Source of the DNA: the human T2T-CHM13v2.0 reference genome, Homo sapiens
Assembly: GCF_009914755.1 (NCBI RefSeq)
Contig: NC_060935.1
Length of the DNA: 64,000 bases
Direction: 5' to 3' (one strand)
Shown: positions 16,679-30,838 of the stretch, in pieces
How positions within the stretch are numbered: position 1 is the stretch's first letter
Layout of the letters: every line of letters begins with the position of its first letter
Notes under the pieces: generated by a model
Database searches by the model: none
Told to the model about the DNA's origin: nothing
Seen by the model: the letters and a program-made list of their open reading frames with translations, nothing else
Translations under genes and position numbers: made by a program

Positions 16679-16792
16679 GTGTTCAATCAAAATTTGTTGA
16701 ATAAATGATAGTGAGTAAAAATTACAATCTGTTAGATTGTCTGAATCTTAGTATTTTTTAATGGATGCTTACTCTCATTCTAAAACAGGGGC

Positions 16793-16830
<38 letters not shown>

Positions 16831-16908
16831 TTTATATATAAATATATGTATATATATGTATATGTAAATATATATGTATATATATTTTTATATATACACA
16901 CACACATA
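16793..16908. repeat. (TA)n/(CA)n compound microsatellite
   Basis: Visible directly in the sequence. Confidence 0.95.
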
Positions 16909-17053
16909 TTTCCAGGACAGTTTGTCAATATTAATATTTGCATAAATCTTTGCCATCAGTGAATTAAGAGAGGAGAAGTGAATAATGCTCATTAAACACT
17001 GTATGTAAGGGCACATCCAGGCAAATCTCTGGCTATATAATTCTTCCATAGAA

Positions 17054-17285
17054 CAAAGGGTGGCAAACTAAGCACTGACAATCACATCTGATCTACCATC
17101 ACCTGTATTTGTAAATGAAGTTTTATAGGAATGTGGCCACACTCATTTGTTTACATATTTATTGTTTATAGTTGCTTTTGCACTACGACAGCAAAGCTGA
17201 ATGGCTGCAACGGAGACTGCATGACCCCAAAAGTTTAAAATATTCATTAACTGGCCCTTTATAGAAAAAAAAATATTGATCCTTG
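17054..17285. mobile_element. MER58A-like hAT DNA transposon relic
   Basis: GGGTGGCAAACT end; ttgtaaat..aagttttat..cacactcatttgtttacatatt core; similar to the reverse of the copy at 50021. Confidence 0.75.
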
Positions 17286-17617
17286 ACACAGACTATAACT
17301 CAATATTTTTTCCTCCTTATTTAAATGATAATCTACCAACACAGCTAAATTCTAAATAACCAATGACATAGCCAGTCTTCTTTATCAAAGGTTTGGAAAC
17401 AAATCTGGAAGGCATAAAAAGTATATGCAATACAAATGCCATACATATCACCCAGGCAAATAATTATGAGCCAAGAAAAGAAATTCTTCCCTTGAAAGCA
17501 GCTTATAGAATACATTAATATAAGCAATTCAATGAAGACTCAACCAACAAACATCAGTTATAGACAAGATATGTCCAGGGCTGTGCAGGAAAGACAGGTC
17601 TTAAAAATCAAAGCTCA

Positions 17618-17918
<301 letters not shown>

Positions 17919-18189
17919 TCAAAGCTCAAGTAATTCCCCAAGTTGTATCAAAGTTGCTGTATTTCCTTCTTGCTGGGCAGCCAATAGCTGTGAAACAGAA
18001 TCTTTTCATGCTGAGAACTCAATAGCCATTGGAACAATACTGGATTTTAACTACTTCAAACTGTCAGAAGATCTACAAATTGAAAAGGACCTTGGAGTAC
18101 ATCTTGCTTAATCTCCATGTGACTCATGACTGTCCTCCACAACTTTACCTATAAGAAATCAACCAGTTCTTACATTGTTTTTAATTATA

Positions 18190-18370
18190 GCAGCTGACAT
18201 TTATTGAGTGCTAACTATGCCTGTTACCATTCTACATACTTTATTTGTACACACTCTCAATTCTTATAATCATGATGTGAGGTAGATACCATTATTATCC
18301 CATTTTACAAAGGAGGAAACTAAGGCACATGGAGGCTAATTTGCCTAAGGTCATAGAGACGGTGAGTGAC
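18190..18370. mobile_element. MIR SINE
   Basis: MIR core attattatcccattttacaaaggaggaaactaaggcaca. Confidence 0.75.
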
Positions 18371-18825
18371 AGATCACACAGACATCATACAGAAATCAAA
18401 ATGGGAGAATCTTAAAACCAATTTTATGCCAATAAATTCAATATTTTAAATGAAATGTCAAAATTCCTTAAAATATGCCACTTCCCAAAATGAATTCGAG
18501 AAAAAGTAGTGTCTGAATAATCCTCTACTTATAAAAACAATTCAAAATTAAAAACTTTCCTACAAAAACTCCAGTCACTGAAAGCTTCACTAGTTGATTC
18601 CATTACAGTTAAAGATACTCCATATTTTAATAACATAAAATATTATTGTGGCATATCTTAATAGTATCAAACCTTAAAAAAATGATTTTAGAACACAGAG
18701 AAAAAGTAAACATATCAAAGCTCATTTTAAGAGTCCAGCATTATTCTGACATCAAAACCAGGCATGGAAATTACAAGGTGATATCAGAAACGTTCCATAT
18801 GAGTGTGGCTGGGAAAAAAACATAT

Positions 18826-19035
18826 ATATGTTATAAACATATGTATATGTTATAAACACATGCATGCTGCATGTTATAAACACATGCATGCTGCATGTTA
18901 CAAACATGTATGCTATATATTATAAACATGTGTGTTACATATATGCTATAACATGTTACTTGTGTTATAAGCATTGTTACATGTTATAAACATGTGTACA
19001 TTACATATATGCTATAAACCTGTGTTGTACATACG
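18826..19035. repeat. Degenerate ~24-bp AT-rich minisatellite (ATGTTATAAACACATGCATGCTGC)
   Basis: Two exact copies near 18847-18894, with decayed copies either side. Confidence 0.8.
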
Positions 19036-19776
19036 TGTAAATATATAAAATATATATTATATATCAGGAACAAGGCAAGATAACTGCCCTCATCAGCAAA
19101 AACATGAAATACTGAGAAATATATTTAACAAAATACTGCTATACATTGAAAACTAAAAAACACTGCTAAGAGAAATTAAAGAAGACATAAATAACTGGAA
19201 AGAAAAACCATGTTTATAGATTTAAAATTTGATATTATTAAGATAGGAATTTTCTCCAAAATGATCTATGTGTTTATATTTAGCAGAATCCCAATAGTGC
19301 CAAGCACTATTAGGACAGGCATTATTAGGGAAATTGATAAGATGATTCTAAACTGTATATGGAAAGATGCAGGGCAACTAAAACAAGTTTGAAAAAGAAT
19401 TGAAGACCTGGAGGATTTACACTATCTGATTTCAAGAATAATAAAATTCAGAACTATAAAACTATACTAACAAGTTAGTGTGGTACTGCACAGGATATAA
19501 ATCAATAGAATAGACTAGAATCCAGAAACAGACCTATAAATATGTGGTCAATTGATTTTAAACAAAGGTGCCAAAGGTAGTTTAATAGGGAAAAGATTAT
19601 CTTGTCAATATTGTTAGGACAATTGGATATCCACATGCAAACAAATGAATCTTGACCGTTAATGCATACTATACATTAAAATTAAACTCAAATAGACATA
19701 CAGGTAAAGCTAAAGCTATAAAGCTTCTGGAAGAAAACAGTGGAGAGTATTTTTACCCTCTTGTGGTGGGCAAACA

Positions 19777-20534
19777 TTTTTTTTTAATTTTATTATTATT
19801 ATATTTTAAGTTTTAGGGTACATGTGCACAACGTGCAGGTTTGTTACATATGTATACATGTGCCATGTTGGTGTGCTGCACCCATTAACTCTTCATTTAG
19901 CATTAGGTATATATCCTAATGCTATCCCTCACCACTCCACCCACCCCACAACAGGCCCCGGTGTGTGATGTTCCCCTTCCTGTGTCCATGTGTTCTCATT
20001 GTTCAGTTCCCACCTATGAGTGAGAACATGCGATGTTTGGTTTTTTGTCCTTGCGACAGTTTGCTGAGAATGATGGTTTCCAGCTTCATCCATGTCCCTA
20101 CAAAGGACATGAACTCATCCTTTTTTATGGCTGCATAGTATTCCATGGTGTATATGTGCCACATTTTCTTAATCCAGTCTATCATTGTTGGACATTTGGG
20201 TTGGTTCCAAGTCTTTGCTATTGTGAATAGTGCCGCAATAAACATACACATGCATGTGTCTTTATAGCAGCATGATTTATAATCCTTTGGGTATATACCC
20301 AGTAATGGGATGGCTGGGTCAAATGGTATTTCTGGTTCTAGATCCCTGAGGAATTGCCACACTGACTTCCACAATGGTTGAACTAGTTTACAGTCCCACC
20401 AACAGTGTAAAAGTGTTCCTATTTCTCCACATCCTCTCCAGCACCTGTTGTTTCCTGACTTTTTAATGATTGCCATTCTAACTGGTGTGAGATGGTATCT
20501 CATTGTGGTTTTGATTTGCATTTCTCTGATGGCC
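19777..20534 (-). mobile_element. Young 5'-truncated L1PA (L1PA3-5-like)
   Basis: Intact 177-aa ORF2 C-terminus (20003-20536), L1 3'UTR and T-tail; CATTT(T/C)TT target duplication inside the host L1M. Confidence 0.95.
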
Positions 20535-20686
20535 ATTTCTTAAATAGAATACAAAAACTACCAACAATTAAAAAAACTGAAATATGGAAATTCATCAAAA
20601 TTTAAAACTTCTCTTTAAAAAATACCATTAATCAGTGCTTCTTCTTGTTAGTGAAAAAAAAAATACCATTAAGAAAAATTAAATGG

Positions 20687-20902
20687 GGATTTCATGACCA
20701 GCCTGGCCAACATGGTGAAACCCCATCTCTACTAAAAATACAAAAATTAGCCAGGTGTGGTGGTATACTCCTATAATCCCAGCTCCTCAGGAGGCTGAGG
20801 CACGAGAATTGCTTGAGCCCGGGAGGCAGAGGTGCGGTGAGCCAAGATCATGCCACTGCACTCCAGCCTGGTCAACAGAGTGAGACTCTGACTCAAAAAA
20901 AA
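20687..20902 (+). mobile_element. 5'-truncated Alu
   Basis: Alu from mid left arm to A-tail. Confidence 0.9.
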
Positions 20903-20904
20903 AG

Positions 20905-21020
20905 AGACAGAAGAGAGGGAAACAGGAGGGGAGGGAGGGGAGGGCAGGAAGGAAGGGAGGGAAGACAGAGGAAAGAAGGAAGGAAGGAAGGAAGGAAGGA
21001 AGGAAGGAAGGAAGGAAAAA
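20905..21020. repeat. (GGAA)n/(GGGA)n polypurine simple repeat
   Basis: Visible directly; attached to the Alu tail. Confidence 0.95.
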
Positions 21021-21219
21021 AGGAAAAGTTAAATGGGAAGAAATATTTGCAATACATATATCTGAGAAGGGACTTATAGTCTGAATATACAAATTCTCAT
21101 ATCTTAATAATAAGCCATACAACCCCTTCAAAAATGGGCAAATGACTTAACACAACACAAAACAAGCCAACAACACAAAACAAGCCAACAACAAAAGAGA
21201 TGTAGAAATGGTCAATATA

Positions 21220-21597
21220 TGTTATGGACTGAATTGTATTCCTGCCCCTCTCCCAAATTCCTATGTTGAATCCCTAATCCTCAATGTGACTGTATTTGGA
21301 GATTGCATCTTTAAAGAGGTAATCAAGTTTAAATGAGGTCATAAGGGTAGGACCCTAATTCAATAGGACTGGTGTCCTTACAAGAAGAGGAAGAGACACC
21401 AGGGATATATGTGAACAGAGAAAAGCCCTGTGGGGACATAAAAAGACAGCCGTGGAGAGAGGCCACAGGAGAAACCAAACCTACAGATGCCTTTATCTTG
21501 ATTTCCAGTCTCCAGAACTGTGAGTAAAGATATATTTCTGTTGTTTAAACCACCCAATTTGTGGTATTTTGTTATGGAAGCTCTAGAAGACTAATAT
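21220..21597 (+). mobile_element. MLT1 (ERVL-MaLR) solo LTR
   Basis: TGTTATGGACTGAATTG start; aatgtgactgtatttggag, ctccagaactgtgag, ggtattttgttatgg..actaata end. Confidence 0.85.
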
Positions 21598-24500
21598 AAT
21601 AAGCTTATGAAAATACGCTAAACATCATCAGATCTCAGGGAAATGAAAATTAAAACAATGGCATACCACTCCACACTCACTAGAAGGACTTAAAATGAAA
21701 AAGATTGGCCATACCAAATCTGCCAAAGATGTGGAGCAACTGGAACTTTCTTATTATAATAGTAGTGGAGATGTAAAATGGTACATGTACTTTAGACAAA
21801 TGTTTGGCAATTTCTTATAAAGTTAAACACATACTTACCATATAGCCCAGTAATTTAGTTCCTAGGCATTCACACAAGAGAAATGAAAACAAGTGTCCAC
21901 AAAAAGACTTGTACATGAGTGGTCACAGAATTTTATTCATAATATCCCAAACTGAAAACAACTCAATTGTCCATCAACTAGTGAACAGATAAACAATTTC
22001 TATGAAATTGAATGAAACAGATAAACATATTCTATGAAATGTATTTCATAGAATACTATAGTCAGCAATAAAAAGGAATAATACATGAAATATCAGGATA
22101 AGTTTTAAAACAAAAGACCAACACAAAAGACTATATATTCTATCATTCCATTTATATGAAATTATAGAAAAGGCAACTCTAATCTACAAGTACAGAAAGC
22201 AGATTAATGGTTTCCTTGGAGCTGAGGCTGGCTGGGGGCAGGGAGTGGGGGTGAATGCAAAGGGGCAAAAGGAAACTCTCCGGGGTGATGGAAATGTTCT
22301 GTATCTTTAATGGTGATGGTTACATGGGTACCTAAATTTGCCAAAGTCATCAAACTTAAAATAGTTGTATTTTATTGTATGCAAACTACAGCTCAATAGA
22401 ATTAATTCTGAAAAAAAATCAGACAGACTTCTGTAGGATTTAAACTAAAGAAGTGTGAACAGAATGCCTTTAGTTAGCAAAAGGAAGACACAACAGGCAC
22501 TCAGAGCAGTCACTACTACCGAGAGAGGAACCAGCCACTAAGTGGCTTCAGATTTTCTGGCACGCTAGTTCTACACCACACAGAGCACAACAATAAATCT
22601 TCCTTTTTTAAAGACGCTGCACCGAGAGAACCTTTGTTTCATACAACTAAAGGAAACTAACATAACAATTGGCTACTTAAAGTTTCTGGATTTCTGTTTT
22701 GCTTTCTCCAATAGTGCCTCGCACACAGTAAAAGCTGAGTAAATATTTGTTGAAAGCATGAATAATGCAATGATAACAGTGTTATCCATCATATACCTTG
22801 TTGATCTGAATTAATGTCTTACATTAGAAAATCAGTTGTGTTTTGAGAATGAAAAACGATTTTATTTTTAAATAATTTTTAAAAACATTAAAAGTAAAGG
22901 ACCTTTTACAAAATATGTGATAACACTGTAATAAACACATCCAGAAAATAAATTACCACGGCAACACAAATGTTAGGAGTACCAGATGAGATAGAACATT
23001 TATTTTAAAAGCACTTAAGAATTTACAGTCATATTATAAGAAACTAGCTTTGCTAATGAATGCATAAATTCTTTGTGTCTGATTTTTTGATAAAACACAG
23101 TGAATATGACTTAGAGAAAATAGCAGCCACAGATACAGCTAAAATGTGAATGAAGCTGGAGGCAGCTGAGGACCACACACCATGAAATGTAAACAGAGGA
23201 GAAAAAAGCTAGATGCCAGACAGGAAGAGAAGAACCAGGAGAGCAGTCTTTACAAATAGAGGTAAATGTAACTATGTCTGAAAGAAGAAATCTGATAGGT
23301 CTTAAAGAAAAAAAAAAAAAAAAAAGAATAATCAATTATTCCTTAACATGAACAAGAGTTCTGCAGAACAGGTAAATATAACGTCTCAGTTTTATTTTTA
23401 AATAATTCTCAACATTACGGAATTTTGCCTTCAATAACTAGTGATTTATGTCAGGGCAAGCCACTTCCCTCCAAAAGAAATAATTTTTTTTTTCTTCAAA
23501 TAATTGGATTAGGTCTACTGCCACTAATTAAAACAGTGAATATATTGTCTCCCAGAAGTATCTTACATTCCTAGACAAACAACAACTAGGTTTGATTGGC
23601 ATGGTAAAATTAGCTTAATGGAGTTAGAAGATAAGAAGGACTTTTAGAGGAAAGAGCAAACTATTCTGCATGTGTAAAATAATTTTGTTTTATAGTTACA
23701 AATTTCAAAAAGATATTACCCAAAGTTTTATAACAGTCACAGAGATTTATTTTGATTTTTGAATTTATTCACAAAGATCTCTTTCATGTTATATCATGGG
23801 ATGAAGTAAACTTTTTTAAAAAAACAAAGTAATTGACTTCTAAACAAATATGGTTATAACACACATACATCTAACCAATTTCCTTCTTATAATACTTGGA
23901 TGAAGAAGGTTATATCATCTTCAATTTACTGAAATTATTTACTTAGTACTCTTATTAATACCATTAGGCATTAGATTCAACAATAAAGATAAAAAGTTAG
24001 AATTAAAATTTAAAATATTGTCCTACAATTTAAACATTTTTCCACATTTGTAAAACTGGATTATAATAATAAAAGCAGTACCACTCTAAATATGTAAAAA
24101 TCACAACAGAAGACAAATTGACCACAGAATAAGTATTTTTAAAATTTCGAATGTGTGTGATCCATAGAAGAATATATTAAAATTAAAAGGAAAAAATGCA
24201 GCCATTCAATGAACATCTTCACTCAATTAAACTATTTTTGGACATATATCATGCGCAGGTATTCATCTAGCTCCTGGAAAACTGAACAAAAGAGGCAAAA
24301 ATCCCTGCCCTTATGTAGCTTACAATCCAGTATAAGAAGTAAACAACAAGTTGAAAGATATAATGGAAAGAGATCACAAACAGGGGAGTAGTAATTGTAA
24401 AGAAAAGGAGGAGATGATTAGGAACAACAGAAGAATTCTAATTAAGCCTTGATGACCGAGAAGACAGCTGAATGAAACAGAGAAATGGGAGGATGGATTT

Positions 24501-24835
24501 ACGAAGGAGAAATGGGCAAAATGGGTTGTTTTAGATTTGCAGACTTGGAGGCACTTGCCATAAGGATCCAAAAGGTCAGGCCTAGAAATACAGACTTGGT
24601 GACTGCCTGCAGGCAAATATTAGTGCAAGCCACAGGAGGGAAAAAGGAGAAAAGTAGAGGGCAAAGGGCAGAAGATAGAGACTTGATAAATGTCCACCAG
24701 GATAGAAAAACAAAACAAGCCAAAGAAGAAAGACTCTAAGAGAAGTATTTTTTAAAACCTAGGTAATGAAGTATAATAGGAAGAAATATTTTGCAAAAGA
24801 GATGTCAATGTGTGTATCCATTTTCCCCTCCTTAC

Positions 24836-24943
24836 TTGCTCATTCTTTTTCTGAACCCATTCCTTGTGCTTTTCTTCAGCAATTATCTTTCTTTTTTCAC
24901 GTTCTTCCATTTCTTTTCTTTTTTCTAGTTGTTGATTTAATTC
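24836..24943 (-). CDS. CCDC34: CCDC34 exon 3: ELNQQLEKRKEMEEREKRKIIAEEKHKEWVQKKNEQ
   Basis: ccacag|GAA acceptor, CAA|gtaagg donor, 108 nt, phase 0-0. Confidence 0.95.
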
Positions 24944-26604
24944 CTGTGGATTTTATTTAGACAAAAGGCAACATTTAATAGAAGTACCCAAATAACATAC
25001 ATTTTAAAAGTCTGAGGTTATTAACCAAATTAAACAAGAATATAGTTTCCTTTATGGAGCATATGCCACTAGTGGCAATAACTTACTTAAGTAACCAGTC
25101 TATGATGTAAAAAAGCATTGGTAAAAGTATAAGTCATTTTTTAGAAATGTGCAAATAATTGCTTGGCAGCAAAACACTAGTTTCCTAGACTAAACTTCAG
25201 CTAAATTACCCTCATTGAAATCAACTTTCCCACACATAAATTTTGGCATCACTCTAAGCTACTGGCAGAAGCTCAAGAGAATTGCAACTTTTTTTTTTAA
25301 ACAGTTATAAGAAGCTTCTGGATTCCTGATGAAGATAAAGCATAGAAATTAAATAATCCCTATATTAAAAATTTAATTCAGTTACACAAAAGAAATACAA
25401 AGAAACCATTCAATTTTCCTTAGGGAAAAAAGAACCCAGAGTTTTCTTCACTGGTTTTATAGCTGCTGAAGTGTAAAACAAAATCACATTCATATCCCAG
25501 ATTATTTAACTGCCTTGCTGTCACTCGAATCTACACGTTTGGGCATTTCCTCAGGAAAAAGAATGTGAAAGGTATGGCCAAATAAAACTACAAGTTGAAT
25601 GCCACCACTCTGTCACTCATCAGTTAAATTACTGCATTGGTTGAGAATGCTGTTCAAACTAGACTTCACTAGGACTCCACAACCATAATTACTGGTTATT
25701 TTTCTTCTCCGTCTTTAGATACTAATAGTCAGATACCTTACGTATCTTCTGTTGGTCTCCACACTCCTCCATAGCCCTTTCTTTCCCAAAGACCTACCTA
25801 CTTGGGCATGGGTGGTAGTGGGAAAGACAATTTTCCAACCCTCAGACTAATTCCAGTGTCTTAAATGAAGATAAAACTTGACACCAAGAACATCTCTTTT
25901 GCATTTTAAACAACTGGTCACAGGAAATCTGTCTTCCATAATCACTCATCCTAAAATTCTGCTGCATAGAAGATAGCCGCCCTCACTCAGGAAGTCTTCC
26001 AACTTTTAAACACTATACCCCCAAAAGCAAATATCCATCTTTAAGGATTTTTCATCACTTCAGCAGCTATTGTTCTTTGATGACTTACTCAGTATACTTT
26101 TATGGTACACCTACTATGGACCTAGCAATAACTGATATAAATCTGATATAAAGATGAAATCCCAGAAGTCTCTGATCTGATTTTCTATACACTAAAGAAA
26201 TAAGTGCTACATTGCGAGTTATTGCATATCATAAAAGTTCAGAGAAGGGAAGGGAAGATGAGGAGAAACATCTTTCCTTCCCCCTAGCCTAGTCTACCAG
26301 GCTAGTCAGAAATGAGCACCATACAAGGAACAGTGAAAAGATGGCTTCGAAAGGAGAGAGATTGGGAGGTGGGAGGGGGTAGAAAATTTGAGTGTGGTAC
26401 TAGGTAGATGGAGAAGGTCTTTTGAGACAGGCAAAGTAAAGTGAACTATATGAAACAAGAATACCCGGCAAAAGGGAAAATTCAGAGCTCTTAATGACAA
26501 AGGCTGAAGACTGCATTTGAAGGGATGAGAACTATTCTGAGGAAGACTGACGAAGAGTGTGCCATAGTATATGAGTTATAAGAAAAAGAAGGCCTGGGCC
26601 TCTG

Positions 26605-27054
<450 letters not shown>

Positions 27055-29089
27055 TTAATTGGCTAGATATAGACCTGACAACTACATATCAAAAATTTTC
27101 CAAAATAGTCCCAAATTTTATTTTCAAGAAAAGTAATTATTTAAATGTATAACTAAAGACATGATTGACTATATATTTATGTACCTTTTAAGATTCTTCA
27201 TTTACCTAAACTAAAAAATCAGAAAAAAAGAAACCCTGTACTCCTATTTGATGGCTAACAAATTTTAGTTAATGTTGATTGAAGGGTTAAAGAAAAAGGG
27301 TCAAAATGTATCTAGAAAATGCTACCAATAACCCAAACAGTGTTCTAATCTTGGATGTCTGTTCAAGTAATTTGTCAAACCAGAATATACATCACATTTT
27401 GAGACACAACCCTCCCTTCCAAGTCTGGCCCTTCTTAGAATTTCCCACCCTGAATGACTCCATGTTTACCACAAAGGCCAGTCTCCTTCAGGACACAGCT
27501 GGAGTCTTCCTTCGAAAGGCCCCTACATGGTCTTCTGGTATACCACTGAATTTCAACAGGATTACAGATAGCTATTAATATTTTCCCGTGGAATACAACA
27601 CTTGATTATGGAAAACCAAAATCCAAAGAAGATCTTAAACATGCATTTTTATTTTAATAGGTTTTGCCTACTTTCAAATAATTTTTTACCACTGAAGGTA
27701 ATAATAATCAGAAAAACTGACAGTTTTGAGTTTCACCAACAGCTCTATATCCTGCCCTATTCGTTCGTTAAGGGCTCATTAAGGGCTAATGAATAAAATG
27801 GCCAAAGGCAAGATGGTTAAAAAAAAAAAGAAAAAAGAAGGCACCAGGACTACTCACAAACTAGGTAATTTTTATAATTTACAACTGATTATAATATTAA
27901 AGCAAATATTAAGAATTAGAATCAGCCAATGACCATAGAGAACCTGGAGCAGTTGGCTAAATAATTATTTATAATAATTAAAAAGTAAATAAAAATTAAA
28001 TGACCTATAAAACCAATATACTAGTTTTTCATAATGCTTGATAATTGATTCAATATTTACCATATTTATCATCTCAACAAAAGTTACAAATGTATACCAT
28101 TTTGTAAGTGGGTAATTTTTATGAATTAAAATAATTTTTTAACTTAGTCCCACAGAGATGTCTGAAACAAACCAAATGTCTGATGCTCAAATCAAATTTA
28201 TGAGTGTGGATGATCTTTTTAATGATTAAATTATCCTACAAATGTTCTCTTAAATCTTAAAGGAAGAAAATACGAAAGCCAGAGTTCATTAAAAAATAAA
28301 TACTAAGTCTGACTCACTTATTTCTAAAATACATCTTGATATTGTGGGAAAAGCATTTAAATGGAAGTCAAAGAATTAGGTGCCAGTCCCAGTTCTGCCA
28401 TGGACGAAGCCTTGGCAAAATTACTTTTCTGCCTTTCATGCTTTTTAGTTTTAATAGGGATCTGAGATGACTATTCTTTATGGTTAAAAATTTGATATGG
28501 TTTATAAACAAATTAGGGATACAGTAAATACAGAAAAATAAGGAAAACATGAGATAAAAACAAAATAAAGGAAAAGGCAGCGAAAGAATGTGAATACCAC
28601 AAGAGCTCAACATGAGCTTACAACAAGCTGAGTAGTTGGCCTATATGTTAGGATATCCCTGGCATAACTGATATGTAAGAGTCATGCTAAAACTGAATCA
28701 CTTCAGAGTTGAGTAATAAAGTAGCCATAAGAAATGTCAAACTACTAAATATATAAAAAGGTTTTAATCTTTGAACCAAATTACAAATAATTATACCCTG
28801 CTACATGCTTATCATTGTGATAGGGTTTATATTTATTATTTTAATCTGTTCTCAAAACAAATCTTCATAGCAGTTATTATGATCTCCTTTCACATATAAT
28901 AACTTTGAGTGCTTTGTACATATTAGTCCATATCCTGATGTTCATTTAGTCCTCATAACAACACTATGAAGCAAATATTATCCTCCCCCTTTCACTGATA
29001 AGGAAATTGAGACACAGAAAGGTTAAGGATTTGCCCAAAGTCCAAATTTTGAATGCAGGAAGTATGGCTCAAGAATTTATGGTTTTAAA

Positions 29090-29380
29090 CCAGGCACCGT
29101 GGCTCACACCTGTAACCCCAGCACTTTGGGAGGTGTCACTTGAGCCCAGGAGTTGGAGGCCAGCCTGGGCAACATGGCAACCCCCCCACCCCCACCCCAA
29201 CAAACAACAATAAAAACAAAAATTAGCCAGGCGTGGTAGCGTGTGCCTACAGTCCCAGCTACTCAGGAAGCTGAAGTGGAAGAGGAGGGGAGGTCAAAGC
29301 TGCAGTGAGCTGTGATCACGCCACTACACTCCAGCAAGGGTGACAGAGTGAGACCCTGTCTCAAAAAACGAAAACAAAAC
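29090..29380 (+). mobile_element. Diverged Alu (AluJ-like)
   Basis: Alu dimer with deletions; flanked by CAAGAATTTA / CCAGAATTTA. Confidence 0.85.
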
Positions 29381-30495
29381 CCAGAATTTACACTTTTAAC
29401 TACTCCACTATTGTCTCTCTAACATCTGGCTTATAGATGAAGAAACTGAGGCTCAGAGAAGTTAATTAACTTTTCTAATGTCACAGAATTAGAATGGCAA
29501 GGCTAAAATTTCAGCCTTGTTCTGTGTGACTACCAAGCCCGGGCTTTACTAACTTTCTGAAATTCAATTAACTTCTCTCTGTACACTGACTAAAAATGAC
29601 TGGAAGTGACCCTCCTTTTCTTAATATAACAAGTAACTTCTTGTGAGACTGTAGATAAAGCCCAATACCAGAAATTGAATTTTGTTCTACCATTAACTCA
29701 CAGGATCAGTATTTTCCGAATTGTAAGTTTAAAACCAATTTAATGAATTATGACCAGCCTTTTGAAAAAAGAATAGAATACCAGGTTTTGCACAAAATTA
29801 AGATGCTATTTCACATACATATGTATAAATACATATATATAGAGAGATATATGTAGGTATGTGTTTTTATAACATAAAAAAATAGAGTGCTCACTATGAA
29901 CAAATATTCTTAAAAGCTACTAACTAAATAATGGACTTAGTCATTGAGGTAAGAGAAGTAAGTCTGGGAATTCAAAAATACACCCCAATTCTGAAAATAA
30001 ATGAAAAAGCTTTAAGAAGACTATGAATAGTAATGATATAAATAACAATACAAATAAAAACAAAGCCAGGCATCTTTATACTTTGTTACATTTAATCCTC
30101 ACAAAACCCCTGTGACACAGGTATTATTTTATTCCTCTTAAGCAGACGAGAAAATAGAAACATAAAAGTTTCAATAACTTGCTTACACCCAGCAAATAAA
30201 AAGAACCAGGGTTTTTATTATTCTTGCCTAACATCAACCGTAAGGTCTTTCTCAAGCCCTGTGTACTGTCAAGAGGAAATAAGTGCCACTCTCACAGCGC
30301 ACTTTTCCAGGAATAAATTTGTAATCTAGAATACAAAGTATCATACAATAGGAAAACAGCAGAATGTATTAGTTTTCATAATCATTTGAATTATGCCAAG
30401 CCTCTGGGACATGTGACTGCTTGCCTGGTTAGAAACTTATCAAATAATAACTGGTTTCAAAACTAACAGAAAAGTTATTCTAAGGAAGATCATGA

Positions 30496-30838
<343 letters not shown>

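Larger units (their letters stand above)
18375..22420 (+). mobile_element. Ancient L1M (ORF2 to 3'UTR) carrying nested younger insertions
   Basis: Diverged L1 ORF2-like phrases run collinearly (e.g. ctatctgatttcaaga, aacaaaggtgccaa, gatgtggagcaactggaact, ggtgatggaaatgttctgtatctt); interrupted by L1PA, Alu and MLT1. Confidence 0.75.

Noticed and set aside
18826-19035. Repeat array as a CRISPR-like locus
   Set aside because: The units are adjacent with no unique spacers, there are no cas genes, and the context is eukaryotic; it is a degenerate minisatellite.
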